Part shown: in pieces, positions 1-12,863 of the stretch
Position numbering within the stretch: the first letter of the stretch is position 1
Layout: the number at the start of each line of letters is the position of its first letter
NCBI GenBank assembly: GCA_964016885.1
Contig: OZ024743.1
Coordinates: 54,312,001-54,376,000, forward strand
DNA: 64,000 bases
Reading direction: 5' to 3'
DNA from: Eledone cirrhosa
Taxonomy: Eukaryota
Notes under the pieces: generated by a model
Told to the model about the DNA's origin: nothing
What the model saw: only the letters and a program-made list of their open reading frames with translations
Database searches by the model: none
Translations under genes and position numbers: made by a program

Positions 1-1690
1 AAATTGAACGGGAACAAAACAGAGAGGCAGTACGAACAAAGCTTTATTAGTTTCACGCTCTTGAGAGTGCGGTGGTGATGGGGAACGACGTTTCGGGCAT
101 AAGCCCTTCTTCAGTTGAAAAGTGTGTGGGAAGAGAGTTCCAAGGGTGTGTAGAGGAGTGGTGGAGAGACATATAGCAAAAAGGGGTGAGAGGAAATGGT
201 GCAAATGAAATTAAAAATAAAAGCATGATCAAAATAAAATTAAAATGGAGTAAAACAGGTGGTGGAAGGGTGTGGGGCGTGTGGGGGGGGGTGGCGGGTG
301 GAGTGGGGACACGGGGTGTCCGAGCGGGGAGGGCTGAATGTGGTGTGTGTGTGTAGGTGTACGTGTGTGTGTGTGTGTGTATGTGAAAGCAAGGGTTGGG
401 GGAAGAACGGGGTTGCATGTTCAGGAAGAGGTGGTGTGGGGTGGTGTGTGCGTGTGTGGATAGAGGGGCGAGGGGAGATGATTCCGGAGGCTGAATGTGT
501 AAATATGTGGTGGTACGCACGTGTGTGTGTGGTGTTTATGCGTGTTGTGGATGTAGGTGGCGTGTGGGGAAAAACATATTTTTGTGTGTATCTCCGGGGG
601 TGAGTCGTACAGGTAATTCCGTAAAAGGATGTGGTGGAATGCTGAGTAAAATCCTTGGGATGCGGTAGATTCTCGCTCGGGATCAAGGTTCACATATGTG
701 TAATCCGTGAAGAGATTGGTCGGAAGAGGGGAGATGTGGGTTGCGCGCGCAACAGGAAGTGGTCAGAGGGTCAAGGCAGGAGGAGGGTTGTGTGTCTGTG
801 TGTGTGCGGAGGTGGTCAAAGAGGCATAGCAGCAGTAGGGTAGAATGGTAAGTGAAGATAGTCAGTGTGTCAGTGTATGCGGAGGTGCGGTGGGCAGGGG
901 AGAGAATGGGTAGGTGTGAAAGTTGGAGTGAGGAGGGTGTGTGTGTGTATTAGTAGAGGTGTTAGTGGGATGTGTGTGTGTTTGAGAAAGGGTGTGGGTG
1001 GAGCGGGGAGAGAAGGGTGTGGGGGAATATGGAGGGAGTGTAGTGTACTGGTGTGTGTGTGCGTGTTTGGATGAGTGTGTGTGTGGTGAAGGGGGTGTTA
1101 GTGGGTGTTAGTATACTGGATGTGGAGAAATGGTTGAATGCGGGTGTGAGTGGGGGTCAGTGGTGGTAGGGTGTGTAGAGTTGGTGGTGTAAGAGGGTGT
1201 GTGTGTTCGTGTGCGTAGGGTTGGGGGTGTTAGTGATGTTAGTTGCGTGTAGAGTGGGTGGTGTAAGTGGGTGTGTGTGCTCGTGTGCTTGGGGTCAGGG
1301 GGTGTTAGTGATGTTAGTTGCGGGGTGGTGGGGTGGGTGTGTGGGGGTGAGGGTTAGGGGTGGTAGTAGGGTGTGTGTTTAGTGTGAGCGCCTGTATATA
1401 TGTACCGGTGGGTGTGTGCGTGTGATAAGGAGGGGGAGGAGAAGAAGGGAGGGATGTTAGTATGTTAGTTGAGGGAGGGTGGTCGGATGTGGGGTGGAGG
1501 TGTTAGTATTGTTAGTTGTGGGGTGGGCGGTGAAAAGGAGGGGTGTGTTAGTGGTGTTAGTGGTGGATATGGGTGGGAGGAGGGGGGGGGGGGTGAAGGC
1601 TAAAGGAATAAGGGTGGGGAGTTCAGGTCGGGGGGGAGTGTGGGTCTGTAGGGTGAAGATGGTTCGTTGTTCGACCCTGATTAAAATACA
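1..1690 (-). mobile_element. 5'-truncated Penelope-like retroelement: GIY-YIG C-terminal tip plus long CA-rich 3' region/pseudo-LTR
   Basis: Minus strand at ~1620-1682 translates IRVEQRTIFTLQTHTPP followed by a frameshifted LN, like the E..I..L.T..P.GLN end of PLE endonucleases. Downstream are a hammerhead core CTGAAGA-AGGGCTTATGCCC-GAAACGTC (87-114) and AATAAA (43-48). Confidence 0.65.
84..118 (-). ncRNA. Minimal type I hammerhead ribozyme motif (PLE-associated)
   Basis: Reverse complement reads CTGAAGA A GGGC TTAT GCCC GAAACGTC: intact core, stem II, palindromic stem III and a GUC site. Stem I pairs poorly. Confidence 0.65.
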
Positions 1691-1744
1691 CTTGTGAATA
1701 GTGCAGTTTTAAATCAACATGCACTATTCACAAGTGTATTTTAA
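1681..1744. repeat. Perfect 25-bp inverted repeat (hairpin)
   Basis: TTAAAATACACTTGTGAATAGTGCA, 14-nt spacer, TGCACTATTCACAAGTGTATTTTAA. Confidence 0.9.
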
Positions 1745-1765
1745 CCTTCCTATCATGTCTTCCTC

Positions 1766-1831
1766 TTTTATCTGACGAAAACACAAATGTTATTGCATGA
1801 TGATATTTGTTTTGAAATGCGCATAATAAAA
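1766..1831 (+). ncRNA. Type I hammerhead ribozyme with long stem II
   Basis: TTTTAT (stem I)-CTGACGA-stem II ACAAATGTTAT/ATGATATTTGT-GAAA-TGCGCA-TA^ATAAAA (stem I'). All core positions are present, stem III is palindromic and the cleavage triplet is AUA. Confidence 0.75.
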
Positions 1832-1956
1832 TACATGGAACTCTTTTAACCATCTTTTGATCTTATATATTATTTATACTCCAGTCCTACAAACTGTAGA
1901 GTGCTTCTTATCGGATATCTGCATTGCTTTATTGTAATACAATAAAACTCACCTCC

Positions 1957-1988
<32 letters not shown>

Positions 1989-2354
1989 CGATATTAATAA
2001 ATGGAAACTATATTTATAAAACCATATTTATTTCATTATACATATTTCAAGGATACCAAGTTAAATTATGGTATGCCTTCATTAGACAAAATACAATATA
2101 TATCAGTTTTACAAATAAGCATTGACGTACCCTTTCAAGATGCGACCATTACTTTTGGAGGACATCAGGTTAGTGGTTTGTTTATATTACTTTAGTAAGT
2201 CTTAGAGTTAAGGACAATTACAAAAGACGGAGAGAGAGAGAAAAGCGTTGAGAAAAAACGGAGAGAGAGAGAAAAGCTTGGAGAAAAAGGGAGAGATAAA
2301 TAAAGAAAAAGAGGAAAGAAAAGAAGAAAAAATGAAAAAATAAGAAAACAGAGG

Positions 2355-2398
<44 letters not shown>

Positions 2399-2400
<2 letters not shown>

Positions 2401-2586
2401 CACTCAGTGCTCCTTTGGGAGCCCCTACATGGACACACTGGAAGAGGAAGACCAAGGTTGACGTATGTTGATGCCCTAAGGTCAGACACTGGTCTGTTGG
2501 AGACGCAGGACATGGCAGCGATAATGAGGGACAGAGACCGCTGGAGAGAACTCGTCCATGGATCTCGGGAATTTTACCCCCCTTAG
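2399..2586 (-). mobile_element. RTE-clade LINE 3' end fragment
   Basis: Minus strand encodes the G.RPRLTYVD.L..DTGL....MAAIMRDRDRWRELV C-terminus. Near-identical copies lie at 14328-14540 and 48481-48628. Confidence 0.65.
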
Positions 2587-2740
2587 ATATATATATATAC
2601 ATATATACATACACATATATATATATAGATATAGATATTTATTTATTTATATATTTATTCATTTATTTATTTATTCAATGGAAGAAATTTGGTTGATCAA
2701 AAATCTGCCAACTTATTATTTAACAGGATATATATATATA

Positions 2741-2940
2741 TAACAAAGGAATTGTGGTAAGGAACCAGATGGACCATAACGCAACAGAGTACTCAATACT
2801 TAGGGTAGTAGAGTGGGAAATAGGAAAAAAGTATGACCCCCGACGGCAGAGATCAAGCCGTTTCGACGGCTATTTCTGGACTGAGTCCAGAAATAACCGT
2901 CGAAACGGCTTGTGCTCTGCCGTCGGGGTCATACCTTTTT

Positions 2941-2945
<5 letters not shown>
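2741..2945 (+). repeat. (TA)n-embedded ~190-bp repeat with terminal cruciform palindrome, copy 1
   Basis: Shares TGTGGTAAGGAACCAG.TGGACCATA.CGCA...AGTACTCAATACTTAGGGTAGTAGAGTGGG with copies at 6871-7032 and 14071-14257. The 3' ~125 bp form an inverted repeat. Confidence 0.85.
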
Positions 2946-2977
<32 letters not shown>

Positions 2978-3347
2978 ATACTTGGGGAGGGTCATATTTG
3001 TGTAATATTGCCAGAATTATTAACAGAACACACTCACTGTTTGGTTGGTTTCGCTTTTCGCTTCTGTGTCTTTTATATCGGTAATCTAATTTATTCGGTC
3101 CTCAATGTTGCCATTGACTGACCAACGGTCAAAAATAATACAGATACAATATAGACACAAACACATATATATAGTTTATCATAAATCTTTCGTTGCACAA
3201 TGGCAACATCGTCAATGGTGCTATTGTTTCCTCCTGTTGCATTTTATTTTCTACGCCATCTTTATTTAGTCTGTTTTCGTCCTTTTAGTTCCTGAGAAAG
3301 ACCCAGTGTTGGTCTATCCTTTCACCTATGCTACGAGCTGTCTGTTG

Positions 3348-4139
3348 TCATGTTGTCATGTTTCTGCAAGTACCCTCTGTACATCTTATGCTATAGACTA
3401 CGTTTCTAGTTTTACAGTTTATCCGGGGGTTTACCTTAGATATGATACATTTCCTATTAGTACAGTGGGTTCTCTTAAAAGGGTAGGTTTTGCTGATTAG
3501 GGATTTTATGGTGGTTCCTGGCTTTTCTACCACCTTAATCTTTAAGTGGGTCTTTCTCAGGGCCTTTCTACACTGGGTAGCTAATTTCCCTCCAGGGTTA
3601 GCGTCCACAAACATGACACTCTGGTATCTCTGGTTGTCGTACCATGAGGTGGCTTTCCCTATCTTATGTCTAGCCCTATCTAATCTATTCCATGATTTGC
3701 TCCTGTATAATGGGCAAATTCCTTTCATGTCCAGTTCTATGAGGGTCTTATACTTCTCCGTGGCTCCTTCGTATACTCTGACTCTGTCTCTTTGGTTGTA
3801 GCCAGAGAACTGCATGCGGTTGATGAAGTGTTGGATGTGTCTTTCCATTTCTGTTGGGTCGCACATGCTGGACACGTTCTTCATCACTCGTACCAAGTCT
3901 GCGATCAGAATATTAAACTTAGGACTACTGGACATGGCTGAGTTTTTGAGTATCAGGTATTTGGAGGCCATGGGTTTAGCATAGTGTGAGTGGAGAATTT
4001 GGGCTCTCTCGTCTATAGTGTTAATCCTGAGTTCCGTGTCTAATACAGGTAGTCTATTGTTAGGGTGTTTGGAAGGGTAGTCGATAGTTACAGTTATACT
4101 CTGGTGTATGGAATTAGCTATCTGCTGGATGCTTTCCAT
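3348..4139 (-). pseudogene. PLE RT thumb/linker and start of GIY-YIG endonuclease
   Basis: LPVLDTEL, YAKPMAS, MQFSGY, LYRSKSW, MFVD..PGGKLA, IKVVEKPG, C...C...C, NVVYSIRC. Confidence 0.85.
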
Positions 4140-4233
4140 TGTGCTACGTTCTAAATCAAACTAGTGCTCTCTTGTGGGGATGTTCTTATAACTATATTGA
4201 TATCGTCTACGTAACGAGAGTATATGATGAGGT

Positions 4234-5229
4234 CTATGGAGCTCTCATTAAGGGGATCTTTAACTCTTCTTTCCCACCATACGATAAAAAGGTTGGCACG
4301 TCACCAGCTATGCTGACGCCAATGGCTGCTCCCTCATTTTGGGTGTAGATCTTCTCGTTGAACTTGAATATGTGGCCCTTTAGGGTAGTTTTGATACTAG
4401 CCCCTATTGCATGTGCGACCATTTTTCTTACCTGATCATTGTTTTGGGGGGTCCGTATAGCTTTGGTCCACCCAATCCACCTTCCCATGGGTGTCTTTTT
4501 AGCCATTGAGGTTATGGTGGGGGGTCTACCTCTTATGGGTCTACTGGGGCAGAAACGTATAAGGTCATGGCTGTCTAGGTAGTCAGTGTCGTAGGTAAGT
4601 CTAAGTAGAAGGCCCAGTTCATCTGTGTCGACGTCGCAGAACTCCACCTCACTCTCAATGATCATCTCCACACATTTTCCCACAGCAAAATCAATGTTAA
4701 TGGATGGGTAAAGTGATACCACATCCATGCTGCCTATTATGCAGTTGGATAGGTTCCTATTTTTGTTTCACTCACTGATTCTGCTGAGGAGGTCCTCTGT
4801 ACTCTCACATACATCTGGGGACATCTTGATTATGGGGCGTATAACCATTGACAGGAAGTAGGAGATCCTGTAGTTGCTAGCAATATTTGCTCCGCATACA
4901 GGTCTTGTTGGTGGTCCTGTTGTCGGGTCGTCGACTGTCTTGTGGTCTTTGCTGAGCCCATACAAGGGTGGTATGCCATTGTTAGACGCCTGGAAGTTGT
5001 TGGCAGTGCGTCTGCTTGGCTTTAGGATGTCGGTCCACATCATCATGTGAGCGTTGAGGATTTTCTCTCTCCCATCATGTATTTGCTGTGTAATTTCGCT
5101 CGTGTTGGTGATGTGGGGTTGCATAGCCTTGATGTAGTTCGGCATGCTATCTATTGACATCCTACCAGACTTATCCGTGGGTAGACATACTACCTCACCA
5201 TCCCGTGTGCGCTGCTTGAGGCTAATCAA
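4234..5229 (-). pseudogene. PLE reverse transcriptase, motifs 1-B
   Basis: ORFs 4768..5229 and 4234..4728 are in the same frame, separated by one TGA (LLSRISE*NKNRNLSNCIIGSMDVVSLYPSI). Confidence 0.85.
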
Positions 5230-5351
5230 GCCTTCTACAGGTTTCCTCCCAAGTTGTTGGGCCTCTGGTCTGCTCTGTCTCTTAGTATACCGGTCTACTA
5301 TTTGTTTAATCTTATTTCTAGCTATAGTGAACTGTGCCTCTGTCTCGTCAT

Positions 5352-6194
5352 CTATTTGTTGTGGTATGCAAACTCTTTATTAAAGGGTAACCTCGTAGGA
5401 TAGATATTACCCATCTTATATGTTTTGTCAGCTTGGTTGAAGAATAGTTTCTCTAAGGGGTTGTCATATCTATCGTCATAGTTGTGTGTGTTGCTATTAT
5501 TGTTATTATGGTGGTTGTTGTTGTTCCTATCATTAGCATTATTATTATTGTTATGATTGCTAGACATATTGTTGCTGTGATTGTTGTTTTCTTCACCGTT
5601 ATTGTTGTTGTTACTGTTATTTCTACCATTGTGGTTGTGACTTTTATTATGTTTCTTGTTTTTGTTGTGTCTATCATTAATGTTGCTACATGTATTATTT
5701 CTATTATTACCACTGTGGTTGTTGTTGTTGTTATTCGTATTGTTACCGTTATTACTACTGTGGTCGCTGCTGCTGTGTCTGTAGTTAATGTTTCTATTAT
5801 TATTATTATTGTGGTTGTTGTTGTTGTTCTGTCTATCGTTAGTATTACTACCATTATTACTACTTCTCATTCTCCTGCTATTGTTATTGTTATGACTATT
5901 ACTATTATAGCTGTTATTTCTATACTCAGAGTTATTGTTTATATTACTACTATCGTTATTATTGTTGTTGTTGTCCGTATAGTATTTGTTGTTGTTTACT
6001 TTTGCATTCCAACGTATTTTTGTGAAACACTTTTCCAGCTGCGTTTTGCACTCAATAGGGTTAATCTTTTTGTAGATGGCAAATTTTGGTGGTAGTCGCA
6101 GGATTTGTTGTTCTTGTTCACTGATTAAAGTGTTCCCATAAATATTTACTGTGTGGTCATTGGTAAATTCTTCCAGTAGTTTTACATCAGTCAT
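5352..6194 (-). pseudogene. PLE N-terminal ORF segment containing an in-frame Asn-rich (AAC/AAT)n expansion
   Basis: MTDVK...[18 protein letters not shown]...FTKIRWN is a typical PLE N-terminal motif, followed by ~170 Asn-rich codons and then PTRLPFNK. The part of ORF 5352..6605 upstream of ~6250 is microsatellite. Confidence 0.7.
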
Positions 6195-6251
6195 ACGGAT
6201 ATTGTTGATGTTATCTGGGTATTTTTGAGAACATTCTATTTTCCTTTCCGT

Positions 6252-6302
<51 letters not shown>

Positions 6303-6435
6303 CGTTTGTGGGGGTGAGACAGTACTCGACAGTACTGAGAGTACTCGATATATGGGGAGATGTAGAGTAGATCTAGAAATATGGTAAATCTCCAGCGTGG
6401 GGCCGAAACCGCATTTTATATATATCTGTATATAT

Positions 6436-6548
<113 letters not shown>

Positions 6549-6618
6549 TGTGTGTGTGTCTGTGTGTGTCTGTGTGAGTGTCTGTGTGGAAAAATATATA
6601 TACATCTATATCTTGATA

Positions 6619-6662
<44 letters not shown>

Positions 6663-6740
6663 TATATATATATATATTTATTTATTCAATTGAAGAAATT
6701 TAGTTGATCTAAAATCGATATATATATGATAAAAAAAAAA

Positions 6741-6799
<59 letters not shown>

Positions 6800-6807
6800 A
6801 TATGTAT

Positions 6808-6870
<63 letters not shown>

Positions 6871-6872
<2 letters not shown>

Positions 6873-7031
6873 AACCAGTAAGACCCCGACGGCTGAGCTC
6901 AAGCCGTTTCGACGGCTAATTCAGCTCAGCCGTCGGGGTCTTACTGGTTCCTATTACCCACTCTACTACCCCAAGTATTGAGTACTTTGGTGCGTTATGG
7001 TCCACCTGGTTCCTTACCACATTTCCTTCGT

Positions 7032-7032
<1 letters not shown>
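6871..7032 (-). repeat. (TA)n-embedded cruciform repeat, copy 2 (internal deletion in hairpin)
   Basis: Reverse complement of 14071-14257, flanked by (TA)n on both sides. Confidence 0.85.
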
Positions 7033-7062
<30 letters not shown>

Positions 7063-7278
7063 CTGTGAGTCTATTGTGAATGTATATGTATGTGTATACA
7101 TACATATAATTCTAAATATATGTAGATATTTATGTTTCTCTCTGTTTATTTCCTTTCTATATTTATGTCTCTCCATCTTATCTACCACACTAGATGTCCA
7201 TCTCTCTATCACTCCTTCTCCTCGTCTATCTCTCTATATCAATTTATTTCTCGCCCTTTCTCTCTTTCTCTCACTCAA

Positions 7279-7360
<82 letters not shown>

Positions 7361-7508
7361 ATGTGTGTGAGTGTGTGTATTTATATGTATGTATGTATAT
7401 ATATATATATATATATATATAATGTATGTGAGTGTGTGTATTTATATGTATGTATGTATATATGTATATATATATATAATGTGTGTGAGTGTGTGTATTT
7501 ATATGTAT

Positions 7509-7556
<48 letters not shown>

Positions 7557-7621
7557 ACACATATATATATATGTATCTATGTATATACATATATGTAATA
7601 TGTATATCTATGTATATATAC

Positions 7622-7693
<72 letters not shown>

Positions 7694-7782
7694 AATATAG
7701 ATATATATATACACATACAAGAAGAGAGAGATGAGATAAATATAAACGCACATAAATACACACCCATACACACACACACACA

Positions 7783-7822
<40 letters not shown>

Positions 7823-7823
7823 T

Positions 7824-7881
<58 letters not shown>

Positions 7882-8366
7882 TTACATATATACAATTCAT
7901 ACATATATACATAAAACTACTTAAGTCCTTTGTTCTGTAACCATTATGTTGTTTATCGGAACCTAAAGACTCTTCTGAAGAATAATAATTTAGTGAAAAA
8001 CCAATGTTGTGTAAATACGTCAGACTTCTGACCGTTTCCATAGCAGACATTAATTTCTGCGTGTGTCATGTTATATTAGTATTGCTATTATACGGAATTA
8101 TCGCAACCGCATTAGATTTGCTTCATTAGGTATTTCGAAAATAAAATTTTACTTATCATCTACTCCTCTTATTGTTGTTTATGTTGTTGTTGCTGTTATA
8201 GTTGTTATAGTTGTTTTTATTTCTGCCATAACTCATGCCTCTTCTCTCTCTGTTAAATTTATGGAATACGTATAACGTATATAAAAATAAAATAGAGATT
8301 TATTAAGCATATGTATATGATGACAAATATATATGAAATATATGTATTTGAAATATGTTATGTATA

Positions 8367-8402
<36 letters not shown>

Positions 8403-8422
8403 TATATATATATATATGTATA

Positions 8423-8499
<77 letters not shown>

Positions 8500-8500
8500 G

Positions 8501-8538
<38 letters not shown>

Positions 8539-8629
8539 CATATATCATTTATTTACGTCACTTATATTCATACCAATCTATGTATCTACTTTTCTCTCTC
8601 TCTTTACATACACACACACGCACACGCAC

Positions 8630-8660
<31 letters not shown>

Positions 8661-8670
8661 AACACACACA

Positions 8671-8736
<66 letters not shown>

Positions 8737-8799
8737 GGTATGTATATGTGTATGTGTGTGGTTGACCACCATTTCCCCCCAAAATTACTGACATAAAAC

Positions 8800-9000
8800 A
8801 CGAAATTTTTCATGAAATTCACAGTTTCCGTTTCCTTCCACTTCTGACTCTCTATCTTTCTATTTCATCTTTTATGTCTCATTCTACTATCTTTTAATGA
8901 AGGAAGAGTGTCCGAAACGTAAGGTCGCTTTTCCTACTATATCAAGCGTTAAACGAATATATTTCTTAATTGTACTGTGCTGCTTTCTTTGTTTTTTCCC
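8800..9000 (+). mobile_element. Hammerhead-bearing non-coding repeat (PLE pLTR-like), copy with mutated core
   Basis: CTCATTCT...TTAATGA AGGA AGAGTG TCC GAAACGTAAGG...CCTACTATATCAAGCGTTAA matches the reverse complement of 12864-13050 and 29312-29520. Confidence 0.65.
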
Positions 9001-9324
9001 CTTTAGCACACACCCTCCTTTAGAGTAGTTCAGTAGAATTTATGTGTGTAATTATAGAAATTCCTGTAACATAACTGATATGAGAATTTTCTTTGCCAAT
9101 GTTTTATTGTTGCAGTTTCTGTTTAGAATTCAGAAAATACACCAGCACAAGGAGAACAGAGAGATGTAAAATGAGATGCAAGAAACGAGGGAACTCTCAT
9201 AGATAAAATACACAATGAGAGAAATATCTCTCTATGATACTTACTCATGCATCCAGATTTCTTGAATCTCTCCCCCATTTAGAATTGTCATCTAGTAATG
9301 TTTCAATCGGAGACTCTATTCTTT

Positions 9325-9780
9325 CAACTGACTTGGTAGACGCCCACAACATTTTAAACCATCTTGCCTGCAACAGCTCCGAGCACCCTTTTGAATTCCA
9401 TGTGTCTAACACCCGTGGACATGCGTACAAAGTCAGAAAACAGCACACCTCCTATGACTTTCGGAAACATTTCTTCACGCTCAGATCAGAGTTACTGGAG
9501 CATGGATCAAGCTACCTGCATCAGTTGTAAGCTGCCGAGACACTGCATCAGTTGTTAGCTATAGGGACACTGCAATCATAAAAAATTCCATGCTTCCCGA
9601 AATTCGACAACACTACACCTGATATTATACACTCACGCATGCATTTGTGTGTATATCATGACTCATACACTGTTCACTTTCCTGACATTTGTACATTATT
9701 CTATGTACTATACATGCACATTTGATGAGTTGTAGTGCACCTGAGCACTGTACACAATCATTTTCATTACTATTATTATT
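9325..9780 (+). mobile_element. CR1-clade LINE 3' end
   Basis: NTRGHAYKVRKQH..DFRKHFFTLR motif (TRGH..K...R..FF..R), followed by a 3' UTR ending in an (ATT)n tail. Confidence 0.75.
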
Positions 9781-10844
9781 GACGTGAGCAAGTTTTTCAA
9801 ACCTCAATATAGTCAAGAATGTCCCAGAAACTCACGTTATTTTCCTTCTCTTGCAATACCATGTTCCCCCAACTCTTCCCCTATGTTGAATTGTCATCTA
9901 CTCATCTTTCACCTGAGGACCGTATTGACATGAACAATCTTTAAAAACCTTAATTATTGTATAGTCCCAAATATGATAAAAATGAAAAAAGCAAATTTCG
10001 TGATGACAACTATCTTACGGTGTATTAGCATTTAATCTGCTATATACACAATTTACACTATAGTTTGCTATATTTATATATCATTTGATATATACACTAT
10101 GTACACTATAGTTTGGTATAGTCATATTGCATTTGATATATATATATATTATGTAAACTATTCTTTCCTAGCTAGGGTTTTTCTAAACAAATATTCCTCC
10201 CTTGACTAAAATACCGTTGAGATTTGAAATCCCTTCCATGGGAACAAAAATTCCATCAGTTTGAGGGTCACTAATTTAAAAAGCATTGATCAAATTCCTA
10301 CACATTGTCTATAGTGCCTCAATCTTCATATCCACTCCATATATTCCTTAAACTACTTCTGAGAAGGTTTCTCTGTGATGGATATCATATCTTTTACGTC
10401 ATGCGATCTTGTGTTTACTGCATAGGCTTAATAGATTTACAGTTATTAATATCAAGTATGGATAAATGTTACTACTTCATACGAAGAATTGATTTGGCGA
10501 GATCTTGCTTATTGCATCAAATAGGAAAAAATATCTTTACATGTCTTGACCAGCATTAATATTTAAGAACTTCAGTAGGAAAAGCAAAATACAAAAAACT
10601 AAAAAATAAAAGCTAAAACAAATTGAAAAAAAAAAACGTTTTCTCCCGTAAAACACTCAGCTTTCAAGTATATATCATAATCCATGAATAATGGAGCTGA
10701 ACATTATCGATGTGCCAGATGCGAAAGCCATAACAGTAATGCGCGCGCACACATTTATATGTATGTATGTACGTACGTACGTATGTATGTATGTATGTAT
10801 GTATGTATGTATGTATGTATGTATGTATGTATGTATGTATGTGC

Positions 10845-11003
<159 letters not shown>

Positions 11004-11007
11004 CATA

Positions 11008-11185
<178 letters not shown>

Positions 11186-11189
11186 CATA

Positions 11190-11250
<61 letters not shown>

Positions 11251-11597
11251 TGGAGTAGAAGTAATACTGTTGAAGAGAGAACGAGAGAGAGAACGGAGAG
11301 CAAAATTGAGATAAGCAGACAGTCATGCAGACAGAGGAAAGAGGGAGAGGGTGAGTGAGACAGACAGAGAGAGAGAGAGAGAGAGAGATGAAAGTAATGT
11401 GGATCGGATGAAATCCAGAAATTGTGTACAAGATAACATGACCATATTTTCTCTGCTATTAACATATTATTAATGTGTTTCTCTTCACGGTGCTGGCAAT
11501 AAACTTAGAATAATATTTCCAGATATCTCACTGATTTCGTTTCCACATTCGCATGTCTTGTACGTATATGTGTGTGATTATATATGAATATATATGC

Positions 11598-11639
<42 letters not shown>

Positions 11640-11694
11640 ATCTGTGTTTTTATATGTATATATATATGTATATATATGTGTATATATATATATA

Positions 11695-11735
<41 letters not shown>

Positions 11736-12123
11736 GCGTGTGTGTGTGTTACTTAAAGTTACAGCAAAATCATTTATTCTTGATATAAATGAATAGCTAA
11801 CACGTGACTTGACATTGCGCAAGAATGACGTCACACGTCAATGTTAGCAACCAGTAATGTCGAACAGTAATGTTAGCCAGCGATAATCTTTTACTGGTTT
11901 CAATCTGTAGACTGTGACCATGCTTGATTACTGCCTCCCAGGGATTTAGTCCAACTTCTCAACTGGAGTACTAACCTTTTTAAAGTCTGATATACCACGA
12001 TCGTTTTGGCACATTAACTTAGAAACAGACACAAACGTATACACAGAGAGTCACACACGCGCGCGCGCGCACACACACAGACAGAGGAATATATAAGTAT
12101 TCTCCTAGTCCTCTCTATTTAAA

Positions 12124-12314
12124 TAATTGTTTCTATTTTAGGCACAAGGCCAGCAATTACCCAGTACATTACTGGTACTTTATTTTATCGACCCCGTAAG
12201 GATGAAAGGCAAAGTTAATCTCGGCGGGATTTGAACTCAGATCATAAAGGGACGTAACTCTATGCTTCAAAGTATGGCGTCCGACTCTCTACCGATACTG
12301 CCAATCCATCGCCC
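12124..12314 (-). mobile_element. tRNA-derived SINE (abundant octopus-type family), full length
   Basis: A box TGGCAGTATCGG, B box GTTCAAATCC, central CTTTGCCTTTCATCCTTACGGGGTCGATAAAA and tail GCTGGCCTTGTGCC..AA.TAGAAACAATTA. Confidence 0.85.
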
Positions 12315-12803
12315 TTAAAAGTTATATAAATAATAATATCAATAACATGGAAGTGATGGATTTTCTTAAAATACATTCATGGCTGCAAGGAGATCACATT
12401 GTAACAACGTGGTTTCTGCTATACCTCCTTTCCAATGCGTGACAACTTGAACAATCGTCCTATATTATGGCCTCGGGTGGACCGCTACTCTGAGAGAAAT
12501 ATTGTAAAATTGCTGAATATACACGAAAGAAGAGAAGGCTGGGAGCACGTCTATGTCTTTGTTTGTGCAGCGTAACTAAGCAGCTCAACAAGATGAGAGC
12601 AATGAAGTAAGCACCCGACTTGGAAATTTATTCAGTGATATTTCATTGGTTGTACTAGTCCCTCTCCCAGACCATGGGGTCGTTTCTTCCTCTATAGAAA
12701 AGGTCGGCTGTGTTCAGACCTGGAGAGGTTTGGGCTCCGCCAGATTTAGAAGTGCCCTAGACACGCTGAATGACGGTGCCTCTACGATTCCACAAGGAGT
12801 CTC

Positions 12804-12853
<50 letters not shown>

Positions 12854-12863
12854 GTATATATGT

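Larger units (their letters stand above)
3286..6240 (-). mobile_element. Penelope-like retroelement (RT + C-terminal GIY-YIG endonuclease), disrupted by stops and frameshifts
   Basis: PLE motifs occur in order: ILRLPPKFA; PTDKSGRM; PPLYGLSKDHK..PTRPVC; SMDVVSLYPSI; YTQNEGAAIG; RYVDDI (~4198-4215, shifted frame); LPVLD; YAKP; then Cys-rich linker, NVVYSIRC and TARSIGERIDQHW (GIY-YIG, YIGE segment lost). Confidence 0.9.

Noticed and set aside
3291-3325. CTGAGAAAGACC...GGTC hammerhead-like string
   Set aside because: It lacks GAAA and is the antisense of PLE endonuclease coding sequence (ERIDQHWVFLRN).
12124-12314. SINE heads as tRNA genes
   Set aside because: A/B boxes are present, but there is no complete cloverleaf and they are fused to SINE body and tail.
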